Of a stretch of DNA of 64,000 bases, positions 27,680 to 42,899 are shown piece after piece (within the stretch, counting starts at the first letter, position 1; the number at the start of each line of letters is the position of its first letter). The notes beneath the pieces are model-generated. The model saw only the letters and a program-made list of their open reading frames with translations, made no database searches and was not told the DNA's origin. The translations under genes and the position numbers were made by a program. Origin of the DNA: the human T2T-CHM13v2.0 reference genome, Homo sapiens; the NCBI RefSeq assembly GCF_009914755.1, contig NC_060946.1; one strand, 5' to 3'.

Positions 27680-30600
27680 AGTTTCTAATCGGGTTGATTC
27701 CAATCCATTACATTATATTCAAGTCCTTTCCATTCCATGCCATTCCACTCGTGTTCTTTCCATTTTGTTGTATTCCATTCCATTCCATTCCATTCCATTC
27801 CATTCCATTCCATTGCATTCCATTCCATTGCAATCCATTCCACTGGGGTTGCTTCCATTCCGTTCCATTAGTTTCCATTCCATTCCATTCCTTTCCATTC
27901 CATTCCATTCCATTCCATACCATTCCATCAAAGTTGATTGCATGTTATTCCATTCCATTCAATTCCATTCCATTCCATTCCATTCCTTTCCTTTCCACTC
28001 GGGTTGATTCCATTCCATTCAATTCCGTTCCGTTCCTTTCCATTCCATTCCATTCCAGTTCATTCCATTGCATTCCACTCGGGTTGATTCCATTCCATTC
28101 CGTTCCATTCCATTCCATTCCATACCATTCCATTCTATTCCCTTCAGGTTGATTCCTTTCCATTCCATTCCATTGCATACCATTCCACCCCATTCCGTTC
28201 CATTCCATTCGCGATGATTCCGTTCCATTCCATGCCCTTTTATTCCATTCCATTCCATTCCATTCCCTTCCATACCATTCCACCAAAGTTGATTGCATGT
28301 TATTCCATTCCATTCCATTCCATTCCATTCCATTCCTTTCCACTCGTGTTGATTTCATTCCATTCAATTCTGCTCCGTTCCATTCCGTTGCATTCCATTG
28401 TATTTTATTCCATTGCATTCCACTCGTGTTGATTCCATTCCATTCCATTCCATTCCATTGCATTCCATTCCATTCCATTCCGTACCCTTCGAGTTGATTC
28501 CATTCCATTCCATTCCATTCCATACCATTCCACTCCATTCCGTTCCATTCCATTCGGGTTGATTCTGTCCCATTCCATGACCTTTTATTCCATTCCATTC
28601 CATTCCATTCCATTCCATTCCATTCCATTCCATACCATTCCACCAAAGGTGATTGCATGTTAATCCATTCCATTCCATTCCATTCCATTCCATTCCATTC
28701 CTTTCCACTCAGGTTGATTCCATTCCTTTTGATTCCGTTCCGTTTTGATCCATTCCATTCGATTCCATTCCATTCCGTTTCATTCCATTGCATTCCACTC
28801 CGGTTGATTCCATTCCATTCCATTCCATTCCACTGCATTCTATTCCATACCCTTGGGGTTGATTCCTTTCCAGTCCATTCAATTCAACACCATTCCACTC
28901 CATTCCGTTCCATTCCATTCGTGTTGATTCCATTCCATTCCGTTCCATTCCATTCGATTCCATACCATTCCACTAGGGTTGATTCCATACCATTCCATTC
29001 CATTGCATTCCATTCCATTCCATTCCACTCGGGTTGATTCCATTAAATTCCATTCCATTCCATTCCTTTCCATTCCATTAGTTTCTAATCGGGTTGATTC
29101 CAATCCATTCCATTATATTCAAGTCCTATCCATTCCATGCCATTCCACTCGGGTTGTTTCCATTTTGTTGTATTCCATTCCATTCCATTCCATTCCATTC
29201 CATTCCATTCCATTCCATTCCATTCCTTTCCATTGCATTCCATTCCACTCGGGTTGTTTCCATTCCGTTCCATTAGTTTCCATTGCATTCCATTCCTTTC
29301 CATTCCATTCTATTCCATTCCATTCCATTCCATTCCATTCCATTCCTTTCCACTCAGGGTGATTCCATTCCATTCCATTCCAATGCATTCCATTCCCGTT
29401 GATACCATTGCATTGCATTGTTTCCAGTCCATTCCATTCCATTACACTACATTCCATTCCAGTCGGTTTGATTCATTTCCATTCCATTCCATTGCATTCC
29501 TCTCGGGTTGATTCCATTCCATTCCATTCCATTGCATTCCACTTGAGTTGATTCTATTCCATTCCTTTACATTTCATTCCATACCATTCCATTCCATTCC
29601 ATACCATTCCATTCCATTCCATTCCGTTCCATTCCATTCGTGTTGATTCCATTCCATTCCATTCCACTCCATTCCAATCCATTACATTCCACTCGGGTTG
29701 AATACATTCCTTTCCATTCTATTCCATTCCATTCCTCTCCAATCCATTCCATTCCATTCAATTCCACTTGGATTCAATCTATTTTTTCCATTCCATTCCG
29801 TTCTGTTCCATTCCATTCCATTGCATTAGATACCATTCCATTCCACTCGGGTTGATTCCATTCCGTTACTTTCCATTTTATTCCATTCCATTCCATTCCA
29901 TTCCATTCCATTCCATTCCATTCCATTCCACTCCATTCCATTCCACTGCAATCCATTCCACTCCACTCCGGTTGATGCCATACAATTCCATTCCATTTCA
30001 TTCCATTCCATTTCACTCAGGTTGATTCCATTCCATTCCATTCATTTTTATTCCATTCCTTTCCGTTCCATTCCATTCCGTTCCATACCATTCCACTCTG
30101 GTTGATTCCATACCATTCTATTCCATCCCATTCCATGAAATTCTACTCCATTCCATTCCACTCGTGTTGATTCCTTTCCATTCCATTCCATTCGGTTTTT
30201 TTCCATTCCATTCCATTCCATTCCACTCCATTCCATTCCATTCAATTTCACTCGGATGGATTCCATTCCATTCCATTCCAATCCATTCCATTCCATTCCA
30301 TTCCTTTCCATTCGGGTTCATTCCATTCCATTCCATTCCATTTCATTCCTTTCCATTCGGGTTCATTCCATTCCATTCCATTCCATTCCATTGCATTCCG
30401 TTCCATTCCATTCCAATCCATTCCATTCCATTCCACTCGGGTTGATTCCATTTCGTTCCTTTCCATTCCATTCCATTCCATTCCATTCCATTCCATTCCA
30501 TTCCGTTCCATTCAATTCGTGTTGATTCCATTCCATTCCACTCCAATACATTCCATTCCATTCCTTTCCACTCGAGTTGATTCCATTTCTTTCCTTTCCA

Positions 30601-33600
30601 TTCCATTCCATTCCGTTCCATTCAATTCGTGTTGATTCCATTCCATTCCGCTAAAATCCATTCCATTCCATTCCAATCCATTGCATTCCATTCAATTCCA
30701 CTCGCATTCAATCTATTCCATTGAATTTCATTCCGTTTTGTTCCATTCCATTCCACTGCATTCCATACCTGTCCATTCCACTCAGGATGATTCCGTTCCA
30801 TTCCATTATATTCGGTTCCATTCCATTCCATTCCATTCCATTCAATTCCACTCTGGTTGATTCCATTCCATTCCATTGCGTTCCATTCCATTCCACTCGG
30901 GTTGTTTCCATTTCATTCCTTTCCATTTCATTCTATTCCATTCCATTCCATTCCATTCTATTCCATTCCATTCCACTCCTTTCCATTCCATTCCTCTCCG
31001 GTTATTCCATTCCATTCCATTCCATTCCATTCCATTCCATTCCATTCCATTCGGTTTGTTTCCATTCCATTCCATTCCATTTTATTCCATTCCATTCCAT
31101 TCCATTCCATTCCATTACATACCATTCCACTCGGGTTGATTCCATACCATTCTATTCCATTCCATTTCATTAAATTCCATTCCATTCTATTCCACTCGGT
31201 TAGATTCCATTCCATTCCATTCCATTCCATTCCATTAGTTTTTAATTGGGTTGATTTCAATCCATTCCATTATATTCCAGTCCTTTCCATTCCATGCCAT
31301 TCCACTCGAGTTCTTTCCATTTTGTTGTATTCCATTCCATTCCATTCCATTCCATTCCATTCCATTCCATTCCATTGCATTCCTTTGCATTCCATTCCAC
31401 ATGGGTTTTTTCCATTCCGTTCCATTAGTTTCCATTCCATTCCATTCCTTTCCATTCGATTCCATTCCATTCCATTCCATTCCATTCCATTTCTTTCCAC
31501 TCAGGGAGATTCCATTCCATTCCATTCCAATGCATTCCATTCCAGTTGATGCCATTGCATTGCATTGTTTCCTTTTGATTCCATTCCATTCCATTCCATT
31601 CCATTCCATACCATTCCATTCCATTCCATACCATTCCATCAAAGTTGAGTGCATGCTATTCCATTCCATTCCATTCCTTTCAATTCAATTCCATTCCTTT
31701 CCACTTGGGTTGATACCATTCCATTCAATTCCGTTCCGTTCCGTCCCGTTTCGTTCCATTCCATTCCATTGCATTTCATTCCATTGCATTCCACTCAGGT
31801 TGATTCCATTCCATTCCATTCCATTGCATTCCATTCCATACCCTTTGGGTTGATTCCATTCCATTCGATTCCATTCCGTACCATTCCACTGCATTCCATT
31901 CCATTCCATTCGGGTTGATTCCGTTCCATTCCAGGCCCTTTTATTCCATTCCATCCCATTCCATTCCATTCCATACCATTAAACCTAAATTGATTGCATG
32001 TTATTGCATTCCATTCAATTCTATTCCATTCCGTTCCATTCCATTCCATTCCGTTCCATTCCTTTCACTTGGTTTTATTCCACTCCATTCCATTCCATTC
32101 CATTCCATTCCTTTCCACTCCATTCCATTCCACTCCACTCCGGTTGATTCCATTAAATTCCATTCCATTTCATTCCATTCCGTTTCACTCGAGTTGATTC
32201 CATTCCATTCCATTCCATTTTATTCCATTCCATTCTGTTCCATTCCTTTCCATTCCATACCTTTCCACTCCGGTTGATTCCATGCCATTCCATTCCATGA
32301 AATTCCATTCCATTCCACTAAACTCGTGTTGATTCCTTTCCATTCCATTCCACTTCATTCCATTCGTGTTCATTCCATTCCGTTCCGTTCCATTCCATTC
32401 CATTCATTTCCATTCCTTTCCATTGCACTCCACTGGGGTTGATTCCATTCCATTCCATTCTATTTCATTCCGTTCAAATAAATTCCATTCCATTCTATTC
32501 CATTGCATTCCAGTTCATTCCATTCCTTTCCATTCTATTCCATTCCCTTCCATTCCATTCCATTCCCTTCCATTCCATTCCATTCAATTCTATTCCGTTG
32601 CATTGGGATCTGGTTGATTCCAATCCATTCCATTACATTCCAGTCTTTTCCATTCCATTCCATTCCACTCGGTTTGTTTCCATTACGTTGAATTGTATTC
32701 CATTCCATTCCATTCCATTCCATTCCATTGAAATTCATTGCATTTCATTCCACTCGGTTTGTTTCCTTTCCATTCCATTAGTTTCCAATAAATTCCATTC
32801 CTTTCATTCCATTCCATTCCATTCCACTCAGGTTGATTCCGTTCCATTCCATTCCATTCCATTCCATTCTAGTTGATTCCATTGCATTCCGTGCTGTTCC
32901 ATTCCATTCCACTCCATTCGAATCCATTCCACATGGGTTGATTCCATTCCATTCCATTCCATTCAATTACCTTCCATTGCGTTCCACTCGGGTTGATTCC
33001 ATTCCATTCCATTGCATTCCATTCCATTCCATTGCATTGCATTTCCTTCCATTCCAGTTGATTCCATTCCATTCCATTCCATTCCATTCCATTCCATTCC
33101 ATTCCATTCTATTCCACTAGGGTTAATTTTATTCGATTCCATTCCATTCCTGTTTTCCCTTCCATTCCATTCCATTCCATTCCACTCGGGTTGACTACAT
33201 TCCATGCCATTGCATTCCATTGCATTCCATTCGTTTCTATTACATTCCATTATTTTCTATTCCATTCCTTTCCACTCGAGTTGATTCCATTCCATTCTAT
33301 TCCATTCCATTCTATTCCATTCCGTACCGATCCATTCCATTCCATTCCATTCCATTTCAATCGGGTTGATTCCATTCCATTCAATTCTATTCCATTCCAT
33401 TCCATTCCATTCCACTCGGATGATTCCATTCCTTTCCATTCCATTCCATTTAAATTCATTGCATTGCTTTCCAGTTGAATCCATTGGATTCAATTCCGTT
33501 CCATTCCATTCCATTCCACTCGAGTTGATTCCACTCCGTTACATTGGATTACATTCCACTTCATTCCTATCAGGTGGATTCCATTCCATTCCATTCCATT

Positions 33601-36600
33601 CCATTCCTCTCCGGTTGATTCCATTCCGTTCCTTGCCATTCCATTCCATTCCATTCCATTCCGTTCCATTCCATTCGTGTTGATTCTATTCCATTCCACT
33701 GCAATCCATTCCATTCCATTCCAATCCATTCCATTCCATTCAAATCCACTCGCATTCAATCTATTCCATTGCATTTCATTCCGTTCTGTTCCATTCCATT
33801 CCATTGCATTCCATACCATTCCATTCCACTCGGGATGATTCCATTGCATTCCATTATATTCCATTCCATTCCATTCCATTCCAATCCATTCCATTCCACT
33901 CGGGTTGATTCCATTCCATTCCATTCCATTCCATTCCATTCCATTCCATTCCTTTCCATTCCATTCCATTCCATTCCACTCGTGTTGTTTCCATTCCATT
34001 CCTTTCCATTTCATTCTATTCCATTCCATTCCATTCCATTCCATTCCATTCCATTCTATTCCATTCCATTCCACTCCATTCCATTCCATTCCTCTCCGGT
34101 TATTCCATTCAATTCCGTTCCATTCCACTCGGTTTTTTTTCCATTCCATTGCATTCCATTTTATTCCATTCCATTCCATTCCATTCCATTCCATTAAATT
34201 CCATTCTATTCCGTTCCACTCGGGTAGATTCCATTCCATTCCATTCCATTCCATTCCATTCCATTAAATTCCATTCTATTCCGTTCCACTCGGGTAGATT
34301 CCATTCCATTCCATTCCATTCCATTCCATTCCATTCCATTCCATTCCATTAGTTTCTAATGTGGTTGATTCCAATCCATTCCATTATATTTAAGTCCTTT
34401 CCATTCCATGCCATTCCACTCGAGTTCTTTCCATTTTGTTGGATTCCATTCCATTCCATTCCATTCCATTCCATTCCTTTCCATTCCATTCCATCCCATT
34501 GCATACCATTCCATCAAATTTCATTGCATGTTATTCCATTCCATTCCATTCCATTCCATTCCATTCCATTCCACTCCATTCCTTTCCACTCGGGTTGATT
34601 CTATTCCATTCAATTCTGTTCCTTTCCGTTCCATTCCATTCAATTCCATTTCATTCCATTGCATTCCACTCGGGTTTATTCCATTCCATTCCATTCCATT
34701 CCATTCCATTCCATTCCATTCCATTCCTTTCGGGTTGATTCCTTTCCATTCCATTCCATTCCATACCATTTCACTCCATTCCGTTCCATTCCATTCGGGT
34801 TGATTCCGTTCCATTCCATGCCCTTTTATGCCTTTCCATTCCATTCCATTCCCTTCCATACCATTCCACCAATGTTGATTGCATGTTATTCCATTCCATT
34901 CCATTCCATTCCATTCCATTCCATTGCATTCCGTTCCATTCTACTCGGGTTGATTTCATTCCACTCATTTCCATTCCGTGCCATTCCGATCCATTCCATT
35001 CCATTTCATTCCTGTGCTTTCCACTCGTGTTGATTCCATTCCATTCCATTCCATTCCATACCCTTCGAGTTGATTCCTTTCCATTCCATTCCATTCCATA
35101 CCATTCCACTCCATTCCGTTCCATTCCATTCGGGTTGATTCCGTTCCATTCCATGACCTTTTATTCCATTTCATTCCGTTCCATTCCATTCCATTCCTTT
35201 CCATTCCATACCATTCCACCAAAGTTGATTGCATGTTATTCTATTTCATTCCCTTCCATTCCATTCCATTACATTCCTTTCCACTCGGGTTGATTCCATT
35301 CCTTTCAATTCCGTTCCATTCCGCTCCGTTCCGTTCCATTCCATTCCATTACATTCCATGGCATTCCACTCGGGTTGATTCCATTCCATTCCATTCCATT
35401 CTATTCCATACACTTCGGGTTGATTCCTTTCCATTCCATTCCATTCCATACCATTCCACTCCATTCCGTTCCATTCCATTCGTGTTGATTCCATTCCGTT
35501 CCATTCCATTCCATTCCATTCCATTCCATACCATTCCACTATGGTTTATTCCATACCATTCCATTCCATTGCATTCCATTCCATTCCATTCCACTCGGGT
35601 TGATTCCATTCCATTCCATTCCATTCCATTCCATTCCTTTCCTTTCCACTCGGGTTGATTTTATTCCATTCAATTCCGTTCCGTTCCATTCCATTCCATT
35701 CCATTCCATTTCATTCCATTGCATTCCACTCGTGTTGACTCCATTCCATTCCATTCCATTGCATTCCATTCCATTCCATTCCATACCCTTCGAGTTGATT
35801 CCTTTCCATTCCATTCCATTCCACACCATTCCAATCCATTCCGTTCCATTCCATTCGGGTTGATTCCGTTCCATTCCATGACCTTTTATTCCATTCCATT
35901 CCATTCTATTCCATACCATTCGGGGTGATTCCTTTCCATTCCATTCCATTCCATTCCATACCATTCCACTCCATTCCGTTCCATTCCATTCGGGTTAAGT
36001 CCATTCCGTTCCATTCCGTTCCATTCCATTCCATACCATTCCACTAGGGTTGATTCCATACCATTCCATTCCATTGCATTCCATTCCATTCCATTCCACT
36101 CGGGTTGATTCCATTCCGTTCCATTCCATTCCACTGCATTCCATTACATTCCATTCCACTCCAGTTAATTCCGTTCCATTCCATTCCAATCCATTCCATT
36201 CCATTGGTGTCCGTTCCATTCCATTCCTTTCCATTCTGTTCCGTTCCGATCCATTCCATTCAATTCCATTCCATTCCATTCCATTCCATTCATTCCTTTC
36301 CATTCCATTCCATTCCACTCGGGTTGATTCCATTCCATTCCATTCCATACCATTCCATTCCATTAAATTCCATTCCATTCCATTCCACTCGGGTAGATTC
36401 CATTCCATTCCATTCCATTGCATTCCATTCCATTCCAATGCTTTCCATTAGTTTCTAATCGGGTTGATTCCAATCCATTCCATTATATTCAAGTCCTTTC
36501 CATTCCATGCCATTCCACTCGGGTTGTTTCCATTATGTTGTATTCCATTCCATTCCATTCCATTCCATTGCATTCCCTTCCATTCCATTCCATTCCATTC

Positions 36601-39600
36601 CATTCCATTGCATTCCATTCCACTCAGGTTGTTTCCTTTCAGTTGCATTAGTTTCCATTCCATTCCATTCCTTTCCATTCCATTCCACTCAGGGTGATTC
36701 CATTCCTTTCCATTCAAATTCTTTCCATTCCTGTTGATACCATTGCATTGCATTGTTTCCATTCCATTCCATTCCATTCCATTCCATTCCATTCCACTCG
36801 GTTTTATTCATTTCCATTCCATTCCATTCCATTCCATTCCATTGCATTCCATTGCATTCCATTCCACTCGGGTTGTTTCCTTTCCGTTCCATTAGTTTCC
36901 ATTCCATTCCATTCCTTTCCATTCCATTCCATTCAGGGTGATTCCATTCCTTTCCATTCCAATTCATTCCATTCCAGTTGATACCATTGCATTGCATTGT
37001 TTCCATTCCATTGCATTCCATTCCATTCCACTCGGTTTTATTCATTTCCATTCCATTCCATTCCATTCCATTCCATTCCATTCCATGCCATTCATCTCGG
37101 GTTGATTCCATTCCATTTCATTGCCTTTTATTCCGTTCCATTCCATTCCATTCCATTCCATACCATTCCACCAAAGTTGATTGCATGCTATTCCATTCCA
37201 TTCCATTCCATTCCATTCCATTCCATTCCATTCCATTCCATTCCTTTCCACTTGGGTTGATTCCATTCCATTCAGTTCTGTTCTGTTCCGTTCCGTTCCG
37301 TTCCATTCCATTCATTCCATTCCATTCCATTTCATTCCATTGCATTCCACTCGGGTTGATTCCATTCCATTCCATTCCATTCCATTCCATTCCATTCCAT
37401 ACCCTTCTGGTTGATTCCTTTCCATTCCATTCCATTCCATACCATTCCACTCCATTCCATTCCATTCCATTCCGTTCTGGTTGATTCCATTCTGTTGAAT
37501 TTCTTTCCATTCCAATCCATTGCATTCCATTCCATTCCATTCCATTCCATTCCATTCCATTCCATTCCACTCGAGTTAATTCCATTCCTTTGAATTCCAT
37601 TGCTTTCCATTCCATTCCATTCCATTCCTTTTCATTCTATTACACTCGGGTTGTTTCCATTCCATTCATTTCTTTTCCATTCCATTCCATTCCATTCTTT
37701 TCCATTCCACTAATGTTGATTCCATTCTTTCCTTTCCATTCCATTCCATTCCATTCCAGTTGATTCCATTGCATTCCATTCCATTCCATTCCGTTCTATT
37801 CCTTTCCGTTCCACTCAGGTTGATTCCATTCCATTCCATTCCATTCCATTCAATTCCATTCCATTCCATTCCATTGCACTCGGGTTGATGCCATTCCATT
37901 CCAATCCATTTTATTCCTTTCCATTCCATTCCATTCCATACCATTCCACTGGAGTGGATTCCATAACATTCCATTCCATTGCATTCCGTTCTTTTCCATT
38001 CCATTCCATTCCACTCGTGTTGTTTCCATTCCATTCCTTTCTATTCCATTCCATTCCATTCCTTTCCATTTGGGTTGATTCCGTTCCATTCCATTCCATT
38101 TCATTCCATTCCATTCCATTCCATTACACTCCATTCCATTCCATTCCACTCCATTCCATTCCATTCCATTCAATTCCACTCCATTCCAATCCACTCGTGT
38201 TCATTGCATTCCATTCCATTCCTTCCTGTTCCTTTCCATTCTACTCCGTTCCATTCCACTGCCTTACACTCGTGTTCATTCCATTCCGTTCCGGTCCATT
38301 CCATTCCATTCATTTCCATTCCTTTCCATTGCACTCCACTCGGGTTGATTCCATTCCATTCTATTCCATTCCATTCAATTAAATTCCATTCCATTCCATT
38401 CCATTCCATTGCATTCCAGTTCATTCCATTCCTTTCCATTCTATTCCATTCCCTTCGATTCCATTCCATTCCCTTCCATTCCATTCCATTCAATTCTATT
38501 CCGTTGCATTGGAATCGGGTTGATTCCAATCCATTCCATTACATTCCAGTCTTTTCCATTCCATTCCATTCCACTCGGTTTGTTTCCATTACATTGAATT
38601 GTATTCCATTCCAATCCATTCCATTGAAATTCATTGCATTTCATTCCACTCGGTTTGTTTCCTTTCCATTCCATTAGTTTCCAATAAATTCCATTCCTTT
38701 CATTCCATTCCATTCCATTCCACTCAGGTTGATTCCGTTCCATTCCATTCCATTCTATTTGATTCCATTGCATTCCGTGCTGTTCCATTCCATTCCACTC
38801 CATTCGAATCCATTCCACTTGGGTTGATTCCATTCCATTCCATTCCATTCAATTACCTTCCATTGCGTTCCACTCGGGTTGATTCCATTCCATTCCATTG
38901 CATTCCATTCCATTCCATTGCATTGCATTTCCTTCCATTCCAGTTGATTCCATTCCATTACATTCCATTCCATTCCATTCTTTTCCACTAGGGTTAATTT
39001 CATTCGATTCCATTCCATTCCTGTTTTCCCTTCCATTCCATTCCATTCCATTCCACTCGGGTTTACTACATTCCATGCCATTGCATTCCATTGCATTCCA
39101 TTCGTTTCTATTACATTCCATTCTTTTCTATTCCATTCCTTTCCACTCGGTTGATTCCATTCCATTCTATTCCATTCCATTCTATTCCATTCCGTACCGA
39201 TCCATTCCATTCCATTCCATTTCAATCGGGTTGATTCCATTCCATTCAATTCTATTCCATTCCATTCCATTCCATTCCACTCGGATGATTCCATTCCATT
39301 CCATTCCATTCCATTTAAATTCATTGCATTGCTTTCCAGTTGAATCCATTGGATTCGATTCCGTTCCATTCCACTCCATTCCACTCGAGTTGATTCCACT
39401 CCGTTCCATTGGATTACATTCCACTTCATTCCTATCAGGTGGATTCCATTCCATTCCATTCCATTCCACTCCGGTTGATTCCATTCCGTTCCTTTCCATT
39501 CCATTCCATTCCATTCCATTCCATTCCATTCCGTTCCATTCCATTCGTGTTGATTCCATTCCATTCCACTCCAATCCATTCCATTCCATTCCATTCCATT

Positions 39601-42600
39601 CCGTTCCGTTCCAATCCATTCCATTCCATTCCATTCCATTCCATTCCATTCCATTCCATTCCATTCATTCTTTTCCATTCCATTCCATTCCACTCGGGTT
39701 GATTCCATTCCATTCCATTCCATTCCATTCCATTCCATTCCATTCCATTAAATTCCATTCCATTCCATTCCACTCGGGTAGATTCCATTCCATTCCATTC
39801 CATTCCATTCCATTCCATTCCACTCCTTTCCATTAGTTTCTAATCGGGTTGATTCCAATCCATTCCAATATATACAAGTCCTTTCCATTCCATGCCATTC
39901 CACTCGGGTTGTTTCCATTTTGTTGTATTCCATTCCATTCCTTTCAATTCCATTTCATTCCATTCCATTCCGTTCCATTCCATTCCATTCCATTCCATTC
40001 CATTGCATTCCACTCGGGTTGTTTCCATTCCATTCCATTAGTTTCCATTCCCTTCCATTCCTTTCCATTCCATTCCACTCAGGGTGATTCCATTACTTTC
40101 CATTCCAATTCTTTCCATTCCATTTGATACCATTGCATTGCATTGTTTCCATTCCATTCCATTCCATTCCATTCCATTCCATTCCACTCGGTTTTATTCA
40201 TTTCCATTCCATTCCATTCCATTCCATCCCATTCATCTCGGGTTGATTCCATTCCATTCCATTCCCTTTTATTCCATTCCATTCCATTCCATAACATTCC
40301 ACCAAAGTTGATTGCATGCTATTCGATTCCATTGCATTGCATTCCATTCCATTCCTTTCCGTTCCTTTCCACTTGGGTTGATTCCATTCCATTCAGTTCC
40401 GTTCTGTTCCTTTCCGTTCCTTTCCATTCCATTCCATTTCATTCCATTGCATTCCACTCGGGTTGATTCCATTCCATTCCATTCCATTCCATTCCATTCC
40501 ATTCCGTTCATTTCCACTTGGGTTGATTCCATTCCATTCAATTCTGTTCCGTTCCATTCCGTTCTGTTCCATTCCATTCCATTCCATTCCATTTCTTTCC
40601 ATTGCATTCCACTCGGGTTGATTCCATTCCATTCCATTCCATTCCATTCCATTCCATTCCATTCCATTCCATTCCATACCCTTCGGGTTGATTCCTTTCC
40701 ATTCCATTGCATTCCATACCATTCCACTCCATTCCATTCCATTCCATGCTGGTTGATTCCATTCCGTTGAATTTCTTTCCATTCCAATCCATTCCATTCC
40801 ATTCCATTCCATTGCTTTCCATTCCATTCCATTCCATTAATTTTCTTTATATTACACTCGGGTTGTTTCCACTCCATTCATTTCTTTTCCATTCCATTCC
40901 ATTCCTTTCCATTCCACTCATGTTGATTCCATTCTTTCCATTCCATTGCATTCCATTCCATTCCATTCCATTCCAGTTGATTCCATTGCATTGCATTGCA
41001 TTCCATTCCATTCCATTCTATCCTTTCCATTCCACTCTGGTTGATTCCATTCAATTCCATTCCGTTCCATTCCATTCCGTTCCACTCGGGTTGATTCCAT
41101 TCCATTCCATTCCATTCCATTCCATTCCATTCCATTTCACTCAGGTTGATGCCATTCCATTCTGATCCATTTTATTCCTTTCCATTCCATTCCATTCCAC
41201 TCGGGTGGATTCCATAACATTCCATTCCATTCCATTCCTTTCCATTCCATTCCATTCCACTCGTGTTGATTCCATTCCATTCCTTTCCATTCCATTCCAT
41301 TCCATTCCATTCGGGTTGAGTCCGTTCCATTCCATTCCATTTCATTCCATTCCATTCCATTCCATTCCACTCCATTCCATTCCATTACACTCCATTCCTT
41401 TCCATTCCTCTACATTCCATTCCATTCCATTCCATTCCACTCCATTCCATTCCATTCCATTCCACCCAGATTGATTCCATTCTTTTCCATTGCATTCCAT
41501 TCCATTCCATTCCAGTTGATTCCAATGCCTTCCATTCCATTCCATTCCATTGCATTCCATTCCACTCCATTCCACTCTGGTTGATTCCATTCCATTCCAT
41601 TCCATTCCATTCCATTCCATTCCATTCCATTCCACTCGGGTTCATTCCATTCCATTCCTTTCCATTCCATTTCACTCGGGTTGATTCCATTCCATTCCGA
41701 TCCATTTTATTCCATTCCATTCCATTCCATACCTTCCCATTCCACACGGATTAATTCCATTCCATCCCATTCCATTCCATTCCATTCCATTCAGGTTGAT
41801 TCCTTTCCATTCCATTCCATCCCATTCCATTCCGCTCCATTCCATTCCATTCAATTCAATTCCATTCCATTCCACTCCATTCCATTCCACTCTTGTTCAT
41901 TCCATTCCATTCCATTCCATTCTATCCCGTTCCTTTCCATTCTATTCCGTTCCTTTCCATTCCCTCACACTCGTGTTCATTCCATTCCGTTCCTTTGCAT
42001 TCCATTCCATTCATTTCCATTCCTTTCCATTGAACTCCACTTGGTTGATTCCATTCCATTCCATTCTATTCCATTCCGTTCAATTAAATTCCATTCCATT
42101 CCATTCCATTGCATTCCAGTTCATTCCATTCGTTTCCATTCCATTCCATTCCCTTCCATTCCATTCCATTCCCTTCCATTCCATTCCGTTCAATTCTATT
42201 CCGTTGCATTGGAATCGGGTTGATTCCAATCAATTCCATTACATTCCAGTCTATTCCATTCCATTCCATTCCACTCGGTTTGTTTCCATTACGTTGAATT
42301 GCATTCCATTCCATTCCATTCCATTCCATTCCATTCCATTCCATTGAAATTCATTGCATTTCATTCCACTCGGTTTGTTTCCTTTCCATTCCATTAGTTT
42401 CCAATAAATTCCATTCCATTCATTCCATTCCATTCCATTCCACTCAGGTTGATTCCATTCCATTCCATTCCATTCGATTCCATTCTAGTTGATTCCATTG
42501 CATTCCGTGCTGTTCCATTCCATTCCACTCCATTCGAATCCATTCCACTTGGGTTGATTCCATTCAATTCCATTCCATTCAATTACCTTCCATTGCATTC

Positions 42601-42899
42601 CACTCGGGTTGATTCCATTCCATTCCATTCCATTGCATTTCCTTCCATTCCATTCCATTCCACTCCATTCCATTCCATTCAATTCAATTCCACTCCATTC
42701 CAATCCACTCGTGTTCATTCCATTCCATTCCATTCTTTCCCGTTCCTTTCCATTCTATTCCGTTTCATTCCACTCCCTTACACTCGTGTTCATTCCATTC
42801 CGTTCCGTTCCATTCCATTCCATTCATTTCCGTTCCTTTCCATTTCACTCCACTCGGGTTGATTCCATTCCATTCCATTCCATTCCATTCCTTTCCATT
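27680..42899 (+). repeat. Higher-order repeat copy 2 (15,220 bp, closest to the canonical unit; private 170 bp deletion and 70 bp duplication)
   Basis: Same landmarks and order as copy 1. The deletion is at ~29540 and the duplication at 34191-34330. Confidence 0.9.
34191..34330 (+). repeat. Private 70 bp tandem duplication
   Basis: CCATTAAATTCCATTCTATTCCGTTCCACTCGGGTAGATT is at 34191 and 34261. It is single in the other copies (~15937, 49571, ~59903). Confidence 0.9.

Noticed and set aside
36806-41802. Idea that the 15.3 kb unit is a trimer of ~5 kb monomers
   Set aside because: The deletion is ~5 kb, but internal paralogs lie at ~3.0, ~3.7 and ~5.9 kb offsets and single-copy markers do not recur at 5 kb.
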